A stretch of DNA of 64,000 bases from assembly GCF_003018115.1 (NCBI RefSeq), contig NZ_CP027457.1; one strand, given 5' to 3'. The notes under the pieces were generated by a model. It was not told where the DNA came from and searched no databases. It worked only from the letters and a program-made list of their open reading frames with translations. Shown here in pieces: positions 18,004-28,470 of the stretch. A program made the position numbers and the translations under genes. The DNA comes from Escherichia coli (GTDB lineage: Bacteria; Pseudomonadota; Gammaproteobacteria; Enterobacterales; Enterobacteriaceae). Positions within the stretch are counted from its first letter, which is position 1; each line of letters opens with the position of its first letter.

Positions 18004-18393
18004 ATGAAACGTTATTTACGCTGGATTGTGGCGGCAGAATTTCTGTTCGCCGCAGGGAATCTTCACGCCGTTGAGGTAGAAGTCCCGGGATTGTTAACTG
18101 ACCATACTGTTTCATCTATTGGCCATGATTTTTACCGAGCCTTTAGTGATAAATGGGAAAGTGACTATACGGGTAACTTAACGATTAATGAAAGGCCCAG
18201 TGCACGATGGGGAAGTTGGATCACTATAACGGTGAATCAGGACGTTATTTTCCAGACTTTTTTATTCCCGTTGAAAAGAGACTTCGAAAAAACTGTCGTC
18301 TTTGCACTGATTCAAACTGAAGAAGCACTAAATCGTCGCCAGATAAATCAGGCGTTATTAAGTACGGGCGATTTGGCGCATGATGAATTCTAA
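18004..18393 (+). CDS. csgE: curli secretion specificity factor
   Basis: 129-aa ORF, synteny. Confidence 0.94.
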
Positions 18394-18417
18394 ATAAAAA
18401 ATTGTTCGGAGGCTGCA

Positions 18418-18834
18418 ATGCGTGTCAAACATGCAGTAGTTCTACTCATGCTTATTTCGCCATTAAGTTGGGCTGGAACCATGACTTTCCAGTTCCGTAA
18501 TCCAAACTTTGGTGGTAACCCAAATAATGGCGCTTTTTTATTAAATAGCGCTCAGGCCCAAAACTCTTATAAAGATCCGAGCTATAACGATGACTTTGGT
18601 ATTGAAACACCCTCAGCGTTAGATAACTTTACTCAGGCCATCCAGTCACAAATTTTAGGTGGGCTACTGTCGAATATTAATACCGGTAAACCGGGCCGCA
18701 TGGTGACCAACGATTATATTGTTGATATTGCTAACCGCGATGGTCAATTGCAGTTGAACGTGACAGATCGTAAAACCGGACAAACCTCGACCATCCAGGT
18801 TTCGGGTTTACAAAATAACTCAACCGATTTTTAA
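18418..18834 (+). CDS. csgF: curli assembly component
   Basis: 138-aa ORF, synteny. Confidence 0.94.
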
Positions 18835-18860
18835 GCCCCAGCTTCATAAGGAAAATAATC

Positions 18861-19694
18861 ATGCAGCGCTTATTTCTTTTGGTTGCCGTCATGTTACTGA
18901 GCGGATGCTTAACCGCCCCGCCTAAAGAAGCCGCCAGACCGACATTAATGCCTCGTGCTCAGAGCTACAAAGATTTGACCCATCTGCCAGCGCCGACGGG
19001 TAAGATCTTTGTTTCGGTATACAACATTCAGGACGAAACCGGGCAATTTAAACCCTACCCGGCAAGTAACTTCTCCACTGCTGTTCCGCAAAGCGCCACG
19101 GCGATGCTGGTCACGGCATTGAAAGATTCTCGCTGGTTTATACCGCTGGAGCGCCAGGGCTTACAAAACCTGCTTAACGAGCGCAAGATTATTCGTGCTG
19201 CACAAGAAAACGGCACGGTTGCCATTAATAACCGAATCCCGCTGCAATCTTTAACGGCGGCAAATATCATGGTTGAAGGTTCGATTATCGGTTATGAAAG
19301 CAACGTCAAATCGGGCGGGGTTGGGGCAAGATATTTTGGGATCGGTGCCGACACGCAATACCAGCTCGATCAGATTGCCGTGAACCTGCGCGTCGTCAAT
19401 GTGAGTACCGGTGAGATCCTCTCCTCGGTGAACACCAGTAAGACGATACTTTCCTATGAAGTTCAGGCCGGGGTTTTCCGCTTTATTGACTACCAGCGCT
19501 TGCTGGAAGGGGAAGTGGGTTACACCTCGAACGAACCCGTTATGCTGTGCCTGATGTCGGCTATCGAAACAGGGGTCATTTTCCTGATTAATGATGGTAT
19601 TGACCGTGGTCTGTGGGATTTGCAGAACAAAGCAGAACGGCAGAATGACATTCTGGTGAAATACCGCCATATGTCGGTTCCACCGGAATCCTGA
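18861..19694 (+). CDS. csgG: curli secretion channel lipoprotein
   Basis: 277-aa ORF with lipobox LLSGC; synteny. Confidence 0.95.
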   Translation: MQRLFLLVAVMLLSGCLTAPPKEAARPTLMPRAQSYKDLTHLPAPTGKIFVSVYNIQDETGQFKPYPASNFSTAVPQSATAMLVTALKDSRWFIPLERQGLQNLLNERKIIRAAQENGTVAINNRIPLQSLTAANIMVEGSIIGYESNVKSGGVGARYFGIGADTQYQLDQIAVNLRVVNVSTGEILSSVNTSKTILSYEVQAGVFRFIDYQRLLEGEVGYTSNEPVMLCLMSAIETGVIFLINDGIDRGLWDLQNKAERQNDILVKYRHMSVPPES

Positions 19695-19757
19695 CAGATA
19701 AAAATGCCAGAATTAATAATCCGGCATTTACTGTTTAAGCGAAAGCGTGAGTGCCCC

Positions 19758-20249
19758 TCACGCTTTATTTTTGATTTCCTGCTCACGGTGAGCCGTCTTT
19801 GCACTACGCGCCGCCAGCCACAGGCCGCTGTTTTTCATTGCGTAACCAAATACCAGCCCAAGCGCCAGCGAAGGTAACACCAGTTTCCAGTCACCCTGCC
19901 CGGCAAACGTCGCGCATGCGCCTATAAACGTCCCCGGAACAAATGAAAGCAGCAGCTGTTTGGCCTGAATACACATCAGAAACGCGACAATACCGGTTAT
20001 GACATAACCGAGAATTTCCAGATGTGGCGTCAGTGCACTACCGTAAATAATGACCATCGCCCACACCACGCCACTAAGCAGGGTTGCAGCGGAGATCGCC
20101 AGCCCTTTCAGCCCACCTTGCGGGCAAGCAAAGTAGGCCGTACAGCCCAGGAAGCCCGCCCAGCTTAGTAAGCCCAGGGAAACAGCCACCCATCCCCAGA
20201 TACCGGAGAGAATGCCTGTTGTGATTGCAATAGAGAGAAGTATGTTCAT
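19758..20249 (-). CDS. ycdZ: inner membrane protein YcdZ
   Basis: MNILLSIAITTGILSG start at 20249 gives 163 aa; hydrophobic. Confidence 0.88.
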   Translation of the reverse strand: MNILLSIAITTGILSGIWGWVAVSLGLLSWAGFLGCTAYFACPQGGLKGLAISAATLLSGVVWAMVIIYGSALTPHLEILGYVITGIVAFLMCIQAKQLLLSFVPGTFIGACATFAGQGDWKLVLPSLALGLVFGYAMKNSGLWLAARSAKTAHREQEIKNKA

Positions 20250-20350
20250 GCCGCGCATGATAGCAGAAAACGCGGCCATGAATGAGATCGAGCACACATT
20301 TTATGCAACAACAAATTATCAGTTGCAGTTATGAGTGACGTAGATCACAT

Positions 20351-20905
20351 TTACTCTTCAGAATCCTCTTCCAGCTCGTCCCACATTGCACTAATGGCAT
20401 CACGGGTTAGCGGTGCCATGGTGCGCCAGAAAGGCGTGGTTGCATGGGCCTCCACTTTGCCAAGGAACGCGCCACACCAGGGTACCAGATACTCACTGAA
20501 CAGTGTTTCCAGTGCTTCGCTCTCATCTTCCGTTGACTGATCTTCCAGCCAGGAAGCCGCGAGCAGCAATGTGCCGATGTGATCGGCTGGCGTATCTGCT
20601 AATGGCATCCCTCGCTCAGAAAGAAAAGCGCGCACTTCCGCTTCCGTTGCGTCCTCAACCCATGCGCTACGATATGGCGGCACGGCACATTCATCGCCGA
20701 TAAACAACGCATTGTAATCGGCAGAGACTTGCGTCATATCACAGCTTTTCTGCAAACGTGTCAGCAACTCATCCTGCTCCAGTGGCCAGTTCGCAGCCAG
20801 TTTCCCCTCACGAATCAGGGTAAACAGCGGCACCAGTAAAGGATCTTGCGGTTGGCGGTAATAGAGCGAACCCAGCACACGACAGAGGATAGAAAACTCG
20901 TTCAT
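20351..20905 (-). CDS. ycdY: TorD-family chaperone YcdY
   Basis: 184-aa ORF, synteny with ycdX. Confidence 0.9.
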   Translation of the reverse strand: MNEFSILCRVLGSLYYRQPQDPLLVPLFTLIREGKLAANWPLEQDELLTRLQKSCDMTQVSADYNALFIGDECAVPPYRSAWVEDATEAEVRAFLSERGMPLADTPADHIGTLLLAASWLEDQSTEDESEALETLFSEYLVPWCGAFLGKVEAHATTPFWRTMAPLTRDAISAMWDELEEDSEE

Positions 20906-20928
20906 TAATATATTTCCATTACTAGTAA

Positions 20929-21666
20929 TTAAAGGTCTGCAAATTCCGCAATCGGTGCCATACCGCGAGATTCAAGGAAGTTCAGTAAGCGGCGCGGAGA
21001 AACATTCAAAATGCGCTCTGGCGGAAAATCTACCGCGTCGAGGATTTTAAGACACTCTTCAAATTCCCCCAGGGTAAACGCGGTGTGAGAATCCGAGCCT
21101 AATGCAACCCAACCTCCAGCATCACGTACCGCTGCGGCTACCGCACGACAGTTGTCTTCACTGCCCTTACGTGAGTGTAAAAATGAGGAATTATTGATTT
21201 CCAGCGCCACCTGATGTTTCGCGGCTGCTTCAGCAACGGCTTTAACATCTATTTCATATTTCGGATTTCCGGGATGGCTTATTATATGCACATTGCCGCT
21301 GGCGATAGTGGCGATCATCGCTTGTGTATTGGTCGCTTTGTCATGTGGTGCAAAAACCGGCTCATGAAAACCGGCAATAATCAGATCCAGCGAGTCAAAC
21401 ATTTTACCGCTGCAATCAATTTCACCATCAACATTTTTAATGTTAGCTTCGATGCCGCGCAGGATCCCTACCCCATCAACCACTCGCGGCCAGATACGCA
21501 TGTTAATGAAGTGCCAGTGATGCGGCGCATCTTCCATATCCGGGCCATGATCGGTGATCGCAAAAAGTTTAATGCCCTTTTGTTTGGCCTGGGCAATGTA
21601 ATCACTCAATGTGCTATATGCATGTGTGCTGGCAACGGTATGCATATGAAGGTCGACGGGATACAT
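20929..21666 (-). CDS. ycdX: PHP-domain zinc phosphatase YcdX
   Basis: 245 aa [18 protein letters not shown]... (PHP motif). Confidence 0.92.
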   Translation of the reverse strand: MYPVDLHMHTVASTHAYSTLSDYIAQAKQKGIKLFAITDHGPDMEDAPHHWHFINMRIWPRVVDGVGILRGIEANIKNVDGEIDCSGKMFDSLDLIIAGFHEPVFAPHDKATNTQAMIATIASGNVHIISHPGNPKYEIDVKAVAEAAAKHQVALEINNSSFLHSRKGSEDNCRAVAAAVRDAGGWVALGSDSHTAFTLGEFEECLKILDAVDFPPERILNVSPRRLLNFLESRGMAPIAEFADL

Positions 21667-21720
21667 AACTCTCTCCTGTATTCAATTCCCGCCAAGGATA
21701 GCAGGAATCCTGATGCTTTA

Positions 21721-22698
<978 letters not shown>

Positions 22699-22892
22699 TT
22701 ATCGTTATGATCTACAAAGGCCACCAGCATAACAAATCCGTGGTCGGTGGCAAAAAAAGCAGATTTCGCTTATTAAAACCACACATTGATTGAAGTTTGA
22801 ATAAACGCGCGATTTTTTAAAAAAGTTTGTTGACCTCAGGTCATGATTTCCCTAAATTAGCGCCCGTTCCAGCAAGACAGGAACGACAATTT

Positions 22893-22980
22893 GGTGAGGT
22901 GTCCGAGTGGCTGAAGGAGCACGCCTGGAAAGTGTGTATACGGCAACGTATCGGGGGTTCGAATCCCCCCCTCACCGCCA
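22893..22980 (+). tRNA. serX: tRNA-Ser (anticodon GGA)
   Basis: ggtgaggtgtccgagtggctgaaggagcacgcctggaaagtgtg...ggttcgaatccccccctcaccgcca; 88 nt with long variable arm, cu-GGA-aa anticodon loop and encoded CCA. Confidence 0.95.
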
Positions 22981-22986
22981 GATTAT

Positions 22987-23019
22987 AAGCGCATGTTATT
23001 GTTTAACATGCGCTTTTTT
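22987..23019 (+). terminator. serX terminator
   Basis: aagcgcatgtta / taacatgcgctt 12-bp stem followed by tttt. Confidence 0.85.
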
Positions 23020-23129
23020 ATTTTTCCTTCCAGACAGTATGCCATCGGGTATGCCATCTGAAACCGGTTTATATGCCCCGCGATCATATCTTATCGGACA
23101 ATTTCCGATCTTTGAGCATACTGGCAAAG

Positions 23130-23971
23130 CTATACTGCCAGCATGTCAGGATAGTGTTTTGCGATAATATCATTCAGTCTGTCAACCAGTTCTGGTTTTC
23201 TGAACGTGATATGCGCGGAGCCCTTCTTAAAGTATCTGATGCTGAACATCTCATCTTCATAGTCCTCTTTTCCCTGAACAGATTGGATATGGTCATCCAG
23301 ATGAATGGTGATGTTTTCCCGGTTGTCGGGGATCGGTTTGCCGCTGAACAGGTGCAGCATTCTTTCCAGATCGGCAAGTCGATCGGCCTGTTGCCCGGTG
23401 ATAAGATGCCCCCCCACCGGTCCCACCTCACCAGATTGTTGACGATAATTTTACTGCCAAATTTGCAGGGTGAATTGGTTTTGTAATTCCAGCTCAGTCC
23501 CCTGAAAACGTTGATCACCCCTCGCTCAAACACTTCATCTTTGTTCTGGTGCAGTTGTTCAAACGTGCTCAGGATATTCGCTTCGCTGATTTCCGGAAAA
23601 TTATCGTACTCCAGTGACCGGTACCATGTATCACGGGCTTGTGCATCCATTAATGACAGCATCCCTGAACGTTGCATCAGGTCACGCCAGATTTCGCGGT
23701 CAAGGTTGTGGGTGATGGCTTTCATTGCGGTTTCCGGTTTCTCCATGAGCCAGCAGCCACAGCGAAAATCCTGTTTCATGGCCCAGTCCAGTGCGGTTTT
23801 ACCTCCGATGCTTTCCGCCAGCACCGAGATTTCTGCCAGTTGCCGGATAAGCGTGTCGATTTGCAGCAGTGTACTTTTTCGTACAGCCAGAATGTGGCGG
23901 ATACTGGTTGAGCAGATAACGTCCGTATGCCCGTTGACAACTTCCAGACGAGAGGCTGTGATATCAGACAT
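23130..23971 (-). pseudogene. DUF4942-type protein, frameshifted in a C7/G7 tract
   Basis: ORFs 23174..23971 and 23130..23426 are consecutive parts of one protein (...LVRWDRWG | GHLITGQQADRLADLE...); junction at the C7 run 23409-23415. Confidence 0.75.
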
Positions 23972-23981
23972 AATCGATTAT

Positions 23982-25403
23982 ATGAACGCATCCCGTTTGC
24001 AAAGGCATCCATTGTTCTGACATCGACGGTAGGTTGCAGCTTTATATCCGGCTTTATTGCAGCCCGGAAGCTGCGAGCCCCTATGTAATTCGCCGACTCA
24101 CGCCTCATTTCCTCAGCGGGCTTTAGGCCCAATCGATTATCCAGGTTTAGTGAGTCACGGTCTTACCTGTCTTTGTCATCACGCTGGCTGCCAGAGCAAC
24201 CTTTCTGCATTCACCCTTTTGTAAAGAGTTTATGTTTATCGGTATCAGCGATTAATCAGGCCTGATACTGACATGATTTTTGTCGTATTTACGTCCGTGA
24301 GCGGCTATTGCCCACACCGTTCGCGCCAGCTTGTTTGCCATTGCGACGATTGCCACGCTGGCCGGACGACGCTTTTTCAGTTCGGTTATCCATGGACCAG
24401 GTTCTTTGGTCAGTAATGCTGCCGCCCTTGCACCATGAATAAACAGGGTTCGCAGATATTTATCACCACGTTTGCTTATTCCCAGCAGGCGGATTTTTCC
24501 TCCTGAGCCTGTCTGTCTGGGCACCAGACCGATAAACGCGGCGAATTCCCGTCCCGACTTAAAGGCGGAGGCGTCTCCCATCGTGGCAACGGCAGCGGTG
24601 GCGATTAACGGCCCCACGCCTGGGATGTTCAGTAACCGCTGACAGGTTTCATTCTGTCTGGCTACCGCCTGCAACTGCTTCTCAATGTGGTCAAGATGTT
24701 CATCAAGTTCAGTAATTCGCTGATATTGTTCATCCAGCATGTTTATCAGGTAGAGCGGTAGCCGCTCCTTCAGACGCTCCAGGGCTTCCGGCACCTCCTT
24801 CGCCAAAGCAGCACGCCCCTTGTGCGTCGTTTCACCAAATTCCAGCAAGAGACCGTGAAGCGCGTTTATTTGTGCTGTCCTGAACTTCACCAGTTGCTGG
24901 CGCATTCGGTGTAACCCCAGCGTAGCCTGTTGCTCCTCGCTTTTAACGGCGACGGATTTTACCGGCTGCTGAACCGCCAGCCAGATGGCTCGGGCGTCCA
25001 TCACATCGTTTTTATTTCCCATCACGAATGCTTTGACGAACCGGCCTTTGAGTAATCTGACCTTATGTCCCAGTTTCTGAAGCTCACGCGCCCAGTGATG
25101 AGAACCCCCACAGGCCTCCATGCCGATAAGGCAGGGTTCACGGTTGCTGAAATATTCAAGGAATTTCTCACGCTTAACCTGCTTATCGATAATCTCTCCG
25201 GTATGTTCATCAACGAAATGCACCTGCATAAGATGTTTTGCAATATCAACCCCGACAGGGATATATTTCATGGTGTGGATCCTCCAGTCTGTTGGGAGCG
25301 AAACGCATCCCGTTGGGCACGATGATGCCGGAAATCTGCGGGGATCCACACTCATCTACTTAATCCCCGAGCGGCTCATTTCATAATGTTGGGATGCGTT
25401 CAT
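23982..25403 (-). mobile_element. IS110-family (IS1111-like) insertion sequence, approximate ends
   Basis: 13-bp inverted repeat atgaacgcatccc (23982-23994) / gggatgcgttcat (25391-25403) brackets a DEDD-type transposase gene; about 1.42 kb. Confidence 0.7.
24252..25271 (-). CDS. IS110-family transposase/recombinase
   Basis: MKYIPVGVDIAKHLMQVHF... start at 25271 gives 339 aa; MEACGGSHHWARELQKLGH and LLNIPGVGPLIATAA motifs typical of IS110/IS1111 transposases. Confidence 0.88.
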   Translation of the reverse strand: MKYIPVGVDIAKHLMQVHFVDEHTGEIIDKQVKREKFLEYFSNREPCLIGMEACGGSHHWARELQKLGHKVRLLKGRFVKAFVMGNKNDVMDARAIWLAVQQPVKSVAVKSEEQQATLGLHRMRQQLVKFRTAQINALHGLLLEFGETTHKGRAALAKEVPEALERLKERLPLYLINMLDEQYQRITELDEHLDHIEKQLQAVARQNETCQRLLNIPGVGPLIATAAVATMGDASAFKSGREFAAFIGLVPRQTGSGGKIRLLGISKRGDKYLRTLFIHGARAAALLTKEPGPWITELKKRRPASVAIVAMANKLARTVWAIAAHGRKYDKNHVSIRPD

Positions 25404-25484
25404 TACATTTCCTTTTTGCAGATAAATGAAAACGCCAGCCCTGTTCAGGCTGACGTCAGTGGAATAAAGTCTGGTGAGTGAGAT

Positions 25485-25682
25485 TCACCGGTTCTGGTGC
25501 AGAAGCTGCAGTTGGCGCAGGGTACGGATATCCTCCCCGGCCTGTTCAATACAGGGCAACAGTGCTGCCGAATCCGTTTTATCTTCATCGTTGTCAAAGA
25601 TAATCCCCGATTCGCAGTCGATATTGTCCTGCAGCCACGCAATCAGAATATCCAGTGCTGTTTCCGTGGTTAATGATTTCAT
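25485..25682 (-). CDS. DUF957-type small protein
   Basis: 65 aa MKSLTTETALDILIAWLQDNIDCESGIIFDNDEDK...; usual position after the yeeW-like gene in CP4-type islands. Confidence 0.7.
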   Translation of the reverse strand: MKSLTTETALDILIAWLQDNIDCESGIIFDNDEDKTDSAALLPCIEQAGEDIRTLRQLQLLHQNR

Positions 25683-25693
25683 GTTGTTCCTGG

Positions 25694-26182
25694 TTACCAG
25701 TCGAAAGTGGGTAAATCCGGCAGACATTCGGCGCTGGCATCCAGATGAATGAGACTGACGCCATAACGTCGGGTAAGTGTGACAACCAGACGGCGGAACG
25801 TTTTTGACAGCCCCAGGCGTTTAAGCCGCAGAACCGGGTATGACCACGCACCGGTACGTAACAGATATCCGCTACCTGTGAAATGAATCCATTCTGATTC
25901 GCCAGTGTCATTCGTCTGATGTGACAGCGAATACAACCAGGCGTTGTCCTTTGCCGTGATATGCGCGGTACTGCAGCGTATGCCGGTCAGGGCAGCAAAT
26001 GGTGGCGTGCGCTCTGCTGATGTCCGGTCAGATTCATCAACAACACGAAGGGAGTAGCCATTGTCGCAGGCCACGTTAATCAGTTCAGCGAGATTAACAC
26101 CATCGACGTCAACGACAATTCGTCCCATGTTCAGCGCCTGCACGTTAACGCTGTCTGCTTCCAGCGTCAGGGCCAGTTTCAT
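25694..26182 (-). CDS. DUF5983 / YeeW-like protein
   Basis: 162-aa ORF whose start overlaps the cbtA stop by 4 nt; synteny with K-12 yeeW. Confidence 0.75.
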   Translation of the reverse strand: MKLALTLEADSVNVQALNMGRIVVDVDGVNLAELINVACDNGYSLRVVDESDRTSAERTPPFAALTGIRCSTAHITAKDNAWLYSLSHQTNDTGESEWIHFTGSGYLLRTGAWSYPVLRLKRLGLSKTFRRLVVTLTRRYGVSLIHLDASAECLPDLPTFDW

Positions 26183-26556
26183 TGTTTCGCCCCCGGATGT
26201 TTACCCAGGGTAATGTTATTTACCGTTCTGTAATTGTCGCGGGTCATCAGGCCTGTCGCCCGGCGGGCCCGGAGGATATCGATGCTGTTTATTAACTGAG
26301 AGTGGGTACAGGTGCTGAATCCCGGCTGGTCGGTACGCACCAGTGCGTATTTTTCCACGAGAAAGTTCACCGCATCGCACAGTGAAATGCCGGCCTCAAT
26401 ATGCTGCTCAATCACACGTTCATCAGCGAACGGTGTGTCATTCAGCGTAAGGCCGTAGTGCTGGTCCAGTAGTCGGGAGAGCAGTGTCTGCCAGATGGTG
26501 ACGGGAGACGGGCTGCGCGATGCCTCCCGTACGTGTGTATCGGGTAATGTTTTCAT
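26179..26556 (-). CDS. cbtA: CbtA-family cytoskeleton-targeting toxin
   Basis: 125 aa; ...IWQTLLSRLLDQHYGLTLNDTPFADERVIEQHIEAGISLCDAVNFLVEKYALVRTDQPGF... near-identical to recalled K-12 CbtA/YkfI/YpjF. Confidence 0.9.
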   Translation of the reverse strand: MKTLPDTHVREASRSPSPVTIWQTLLSRLLDQHYGLTLNDTPFADERVIEQHIEAGISLCDAVNFLVEKYALVRTDQPGFSTCTHSQLINSIDILRARRATGLMTRDNYRTVNNITLGKHPGAKQ

Positions 26557-26645
26557 ACTGAAGATTTTCCTGATATGAGAGATTAAATTTTGAGGAGAGT
26601 GGTGCTGTAGCGCACCGGGCCGGAGCAGACGATTATTTCGGTGGT

Positions 26646-27014
26646 TTACTTTTTCGTTTCTGGCGTCGGATAAACAGCCATATAAACGTAACCACAGCTG
26701 CCGAGGGTGTCGGCTTCGCAGGTCAGCCCTCTGGCATACAGCGTGACGGTATGCTGATGGCTGGGGCTGAGTTCACCGCTGGTGAGCATGAGTTCCAGTT
26801 GTTTCATCAGCAGCGGAAAGGCCTGGTCCAGATGGTACGCATCCGCGTCGCTGAACCGGCCTCTGATACCGGCGCGGTCTGCAAGGTAATGCAACCGGTT
26901 ACCCTCCTGCACCAGACGTGCCCCAAAACAGGGCGTCACGGTGCAGGGTAGCCCCCACCAGGGGCGGTCGTTGTTATCGTCGGGATGCGTTGTCCCGGGG
27001 AGAGTGTCTGACAC
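26646..27014 (-). CDS. cbeA: CbeA-family antitoxin
   Basis: 122-aa ORF directly upstream of the toxin gene; YeeU/YafW/YfjZ-like (WWGLPCTVTPCFGARLVQEGNRLHYLADRA). Confidence 0.88.
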   Translation of the reverse strand: MSDTLPGTTHPDDNNDRPWWGLPCTVTPCFGARLVQEGNRLHYLADRAGIRGRFSDADAYHLDQAFPLLMKQLELMLTSGELSPSHQHTVTLYARGLTCEADTLGSCGYVYMAVYPTPETKK

Positions 27015-27093
27015 GATAAAATCCTCACAGAAAATTGGTTAAGAATGGTCCGGTGGTGGCGATAATTCTGCTCTTCTGAATGCCCTTCCAGAC

Positions 27094-27315
27094 TCAGTTC
27101 AGGGTGACGCTCATCAGCCGGACATACGGACCGAAACTGTCCTTACGGCGTTCTGCAAACACAGCCAGCACACCGGGAATATCCTGCACTTCACGGCCGG
27201 TATATGTATCCGTGCTACCGTGCCAGCGGTATTTACCGGTACAGAACGGAAAAAGACGGGATGCAGGATGCTGACGGTGAATACGCATGGCTTCACCACG
27301 GGGGATGATTTTCAT
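27094..27315 (-). CDS. DUF987 (YeeT-like) protein
   Basis: 73-aa ORF; conserved position between the radC-like gene and the antitoxin. Confidence 0.75.
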   Translation of the reverse strand: MKIIPRGEAMRIHRQHPASRLFPFCTGKYRWHGSTDTYTGREVQDIPGVLAVFAERRKDSFGPYVRLMSVTLN

Positions 27316-27401
27316 GAGAATAGTCCTCCTGAATGTGAAAGTAAGAAACAGCTGAGAAAGAGAAACTGAAGTGATATGAAGGTGATTGTGACGGTGACGG
27401 G

Positions 27402-27893
27402 TTAAAGCAGTCCGTGTTCCGCAAAGGAGAAAACCTGGCTGCCACCGACTATCAGATGGTCCGGCACCCGGATATCCACCAGAGCCAGTGCCTGTACCAG
27501 ACGTTCCGTGATAAGGCGGTCTGCCTTGCTGGGTGTGACTTCACCGGACGGGTGATTGTGCGCCAGCACCACGGCAGCGGCATTGTGATACAGGGCGCGT
27601 TTAATCACTTCCCGGGGATGGACTTCCGTGCGGTTGATGGTGCCGGTGAAGAGGGTTTCACCGGCAATCAGCTGATTCTGGTTGTTCAGATACAGCACCC
27701 GGAATTCTTCACGCTCCAGTCCCGCCATGTTAAGAATCAGCCATTCCCGTGCCGCACGGGTGGAGGTGAAGGCCACGCCGGGTTCATGAAGATGGCGGTC
27801 CAGGGTTTTCAGGGCCCGCAGAATGAGACTGCGCTCGCCGGGCGTCATCTCTCCGGGCAGAAAGGAAAGCTGCTGCATTGTTCCTGCCTCCAT
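27402..27893 (-). CDS. RadC-like JAB-domain protein (YeeS-like)
   Basis: JAMM motif HNHPSGEVTPSKAD; alternative start MQQLSF at 27878. Confidence 0.85.
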   Translation of the reverse strand: MEAGTMQQLSFLPGEMTPGERSLILRALKTLDRHLHEPGVAFTSTRAAREWLILNMAGLEREEFRVLYLNNQNQLIAGETLFTGTINRTEVHPREVIKRALYHNAAAVVLAHNHPSGEVTPSKADRLITERLVQALALVDIRVPDHLIVGGSQVFSFAEHGLL

Positions 27894-28379
27894 TCAGTCG
27901 ATGATGCGCATAATGGCGCTGCATTCCGGATGCTGCAGGGCGTAATCCCGCAGCCGGTAATAATGGACCGTCATGGCATAACACTCCGTACGACAGGCAT
28001 GATGACTGTACGTCATCAGACAGGCAGCAATGCCGGCGGCTTCCGGACTCATTTCAGCGCGGTTACCGTTCATGGCATTGAACAGTACCCATTTTTCGTC
28101 ATCATCGTCATCCGGTTCAGGTGCCATAAATGCCCCGCCGTTGTTCAGGGTGTACAGATTCCAGATACCACCGCAGTAGTCTTCGCACAGACGGTCCATC
28201 CAGCCGAAAACACGGGGCTCCAGGGTCACCCACTGTGGAATGAGGCCAAAATGCTGCGGCCAGAAGCTGATGCGCTGTTCATCAGGGACTATGGTGGCAA
28301 CCAGCTGAGGCTGGTCATTCCCTGATGCAGCGGTTACGGAAACAGAAGGAGTGGTGGAATTATGCAAGACGGTTGTCAT
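27894..28379 (-). CDS. ArdB/KlcA-family antirestriction protein
   Basis: 161-aa ORF; ...LCEDYCGGIWNLYTLNNGGAFMAPE...YHYYRLRDYALQHPE typical of YfjX/YafX/KlcA. Confidence 0.82.
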   Translation of the reverse strand: MTTVLHNSTTPSVSVTAASGNDQPQLVATIVPDEQRISFWPQHFGLIPQWVTLEPRVFGWMDRLCEDYCGGIWNLYTLNNGGAFMAPEPDDDDDEKWVLFNAMNGNRAEMSPEAAGIAACLMTYSHHACRTECYAMTVHYYRLRDYALQHPECSAIMRIID

Positions 28380-28470
28380 GAGATGATTCCTTATAAAAAG
28401 TAAATGAATGGAAGAAACCCCGGGGGAAGGGACAGACGTGAGTCAGAACTGCGCTTTCAGGGAAAAGGCA

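Noticed and set aside
27414-28325. 303-aa plus-strand ORF
   Set aside because: It is antisense to the well-supported RadC-like and ArdB/KlcA-like genes. Its composition is low-complexity and Gly/His-rich, with no motifs.
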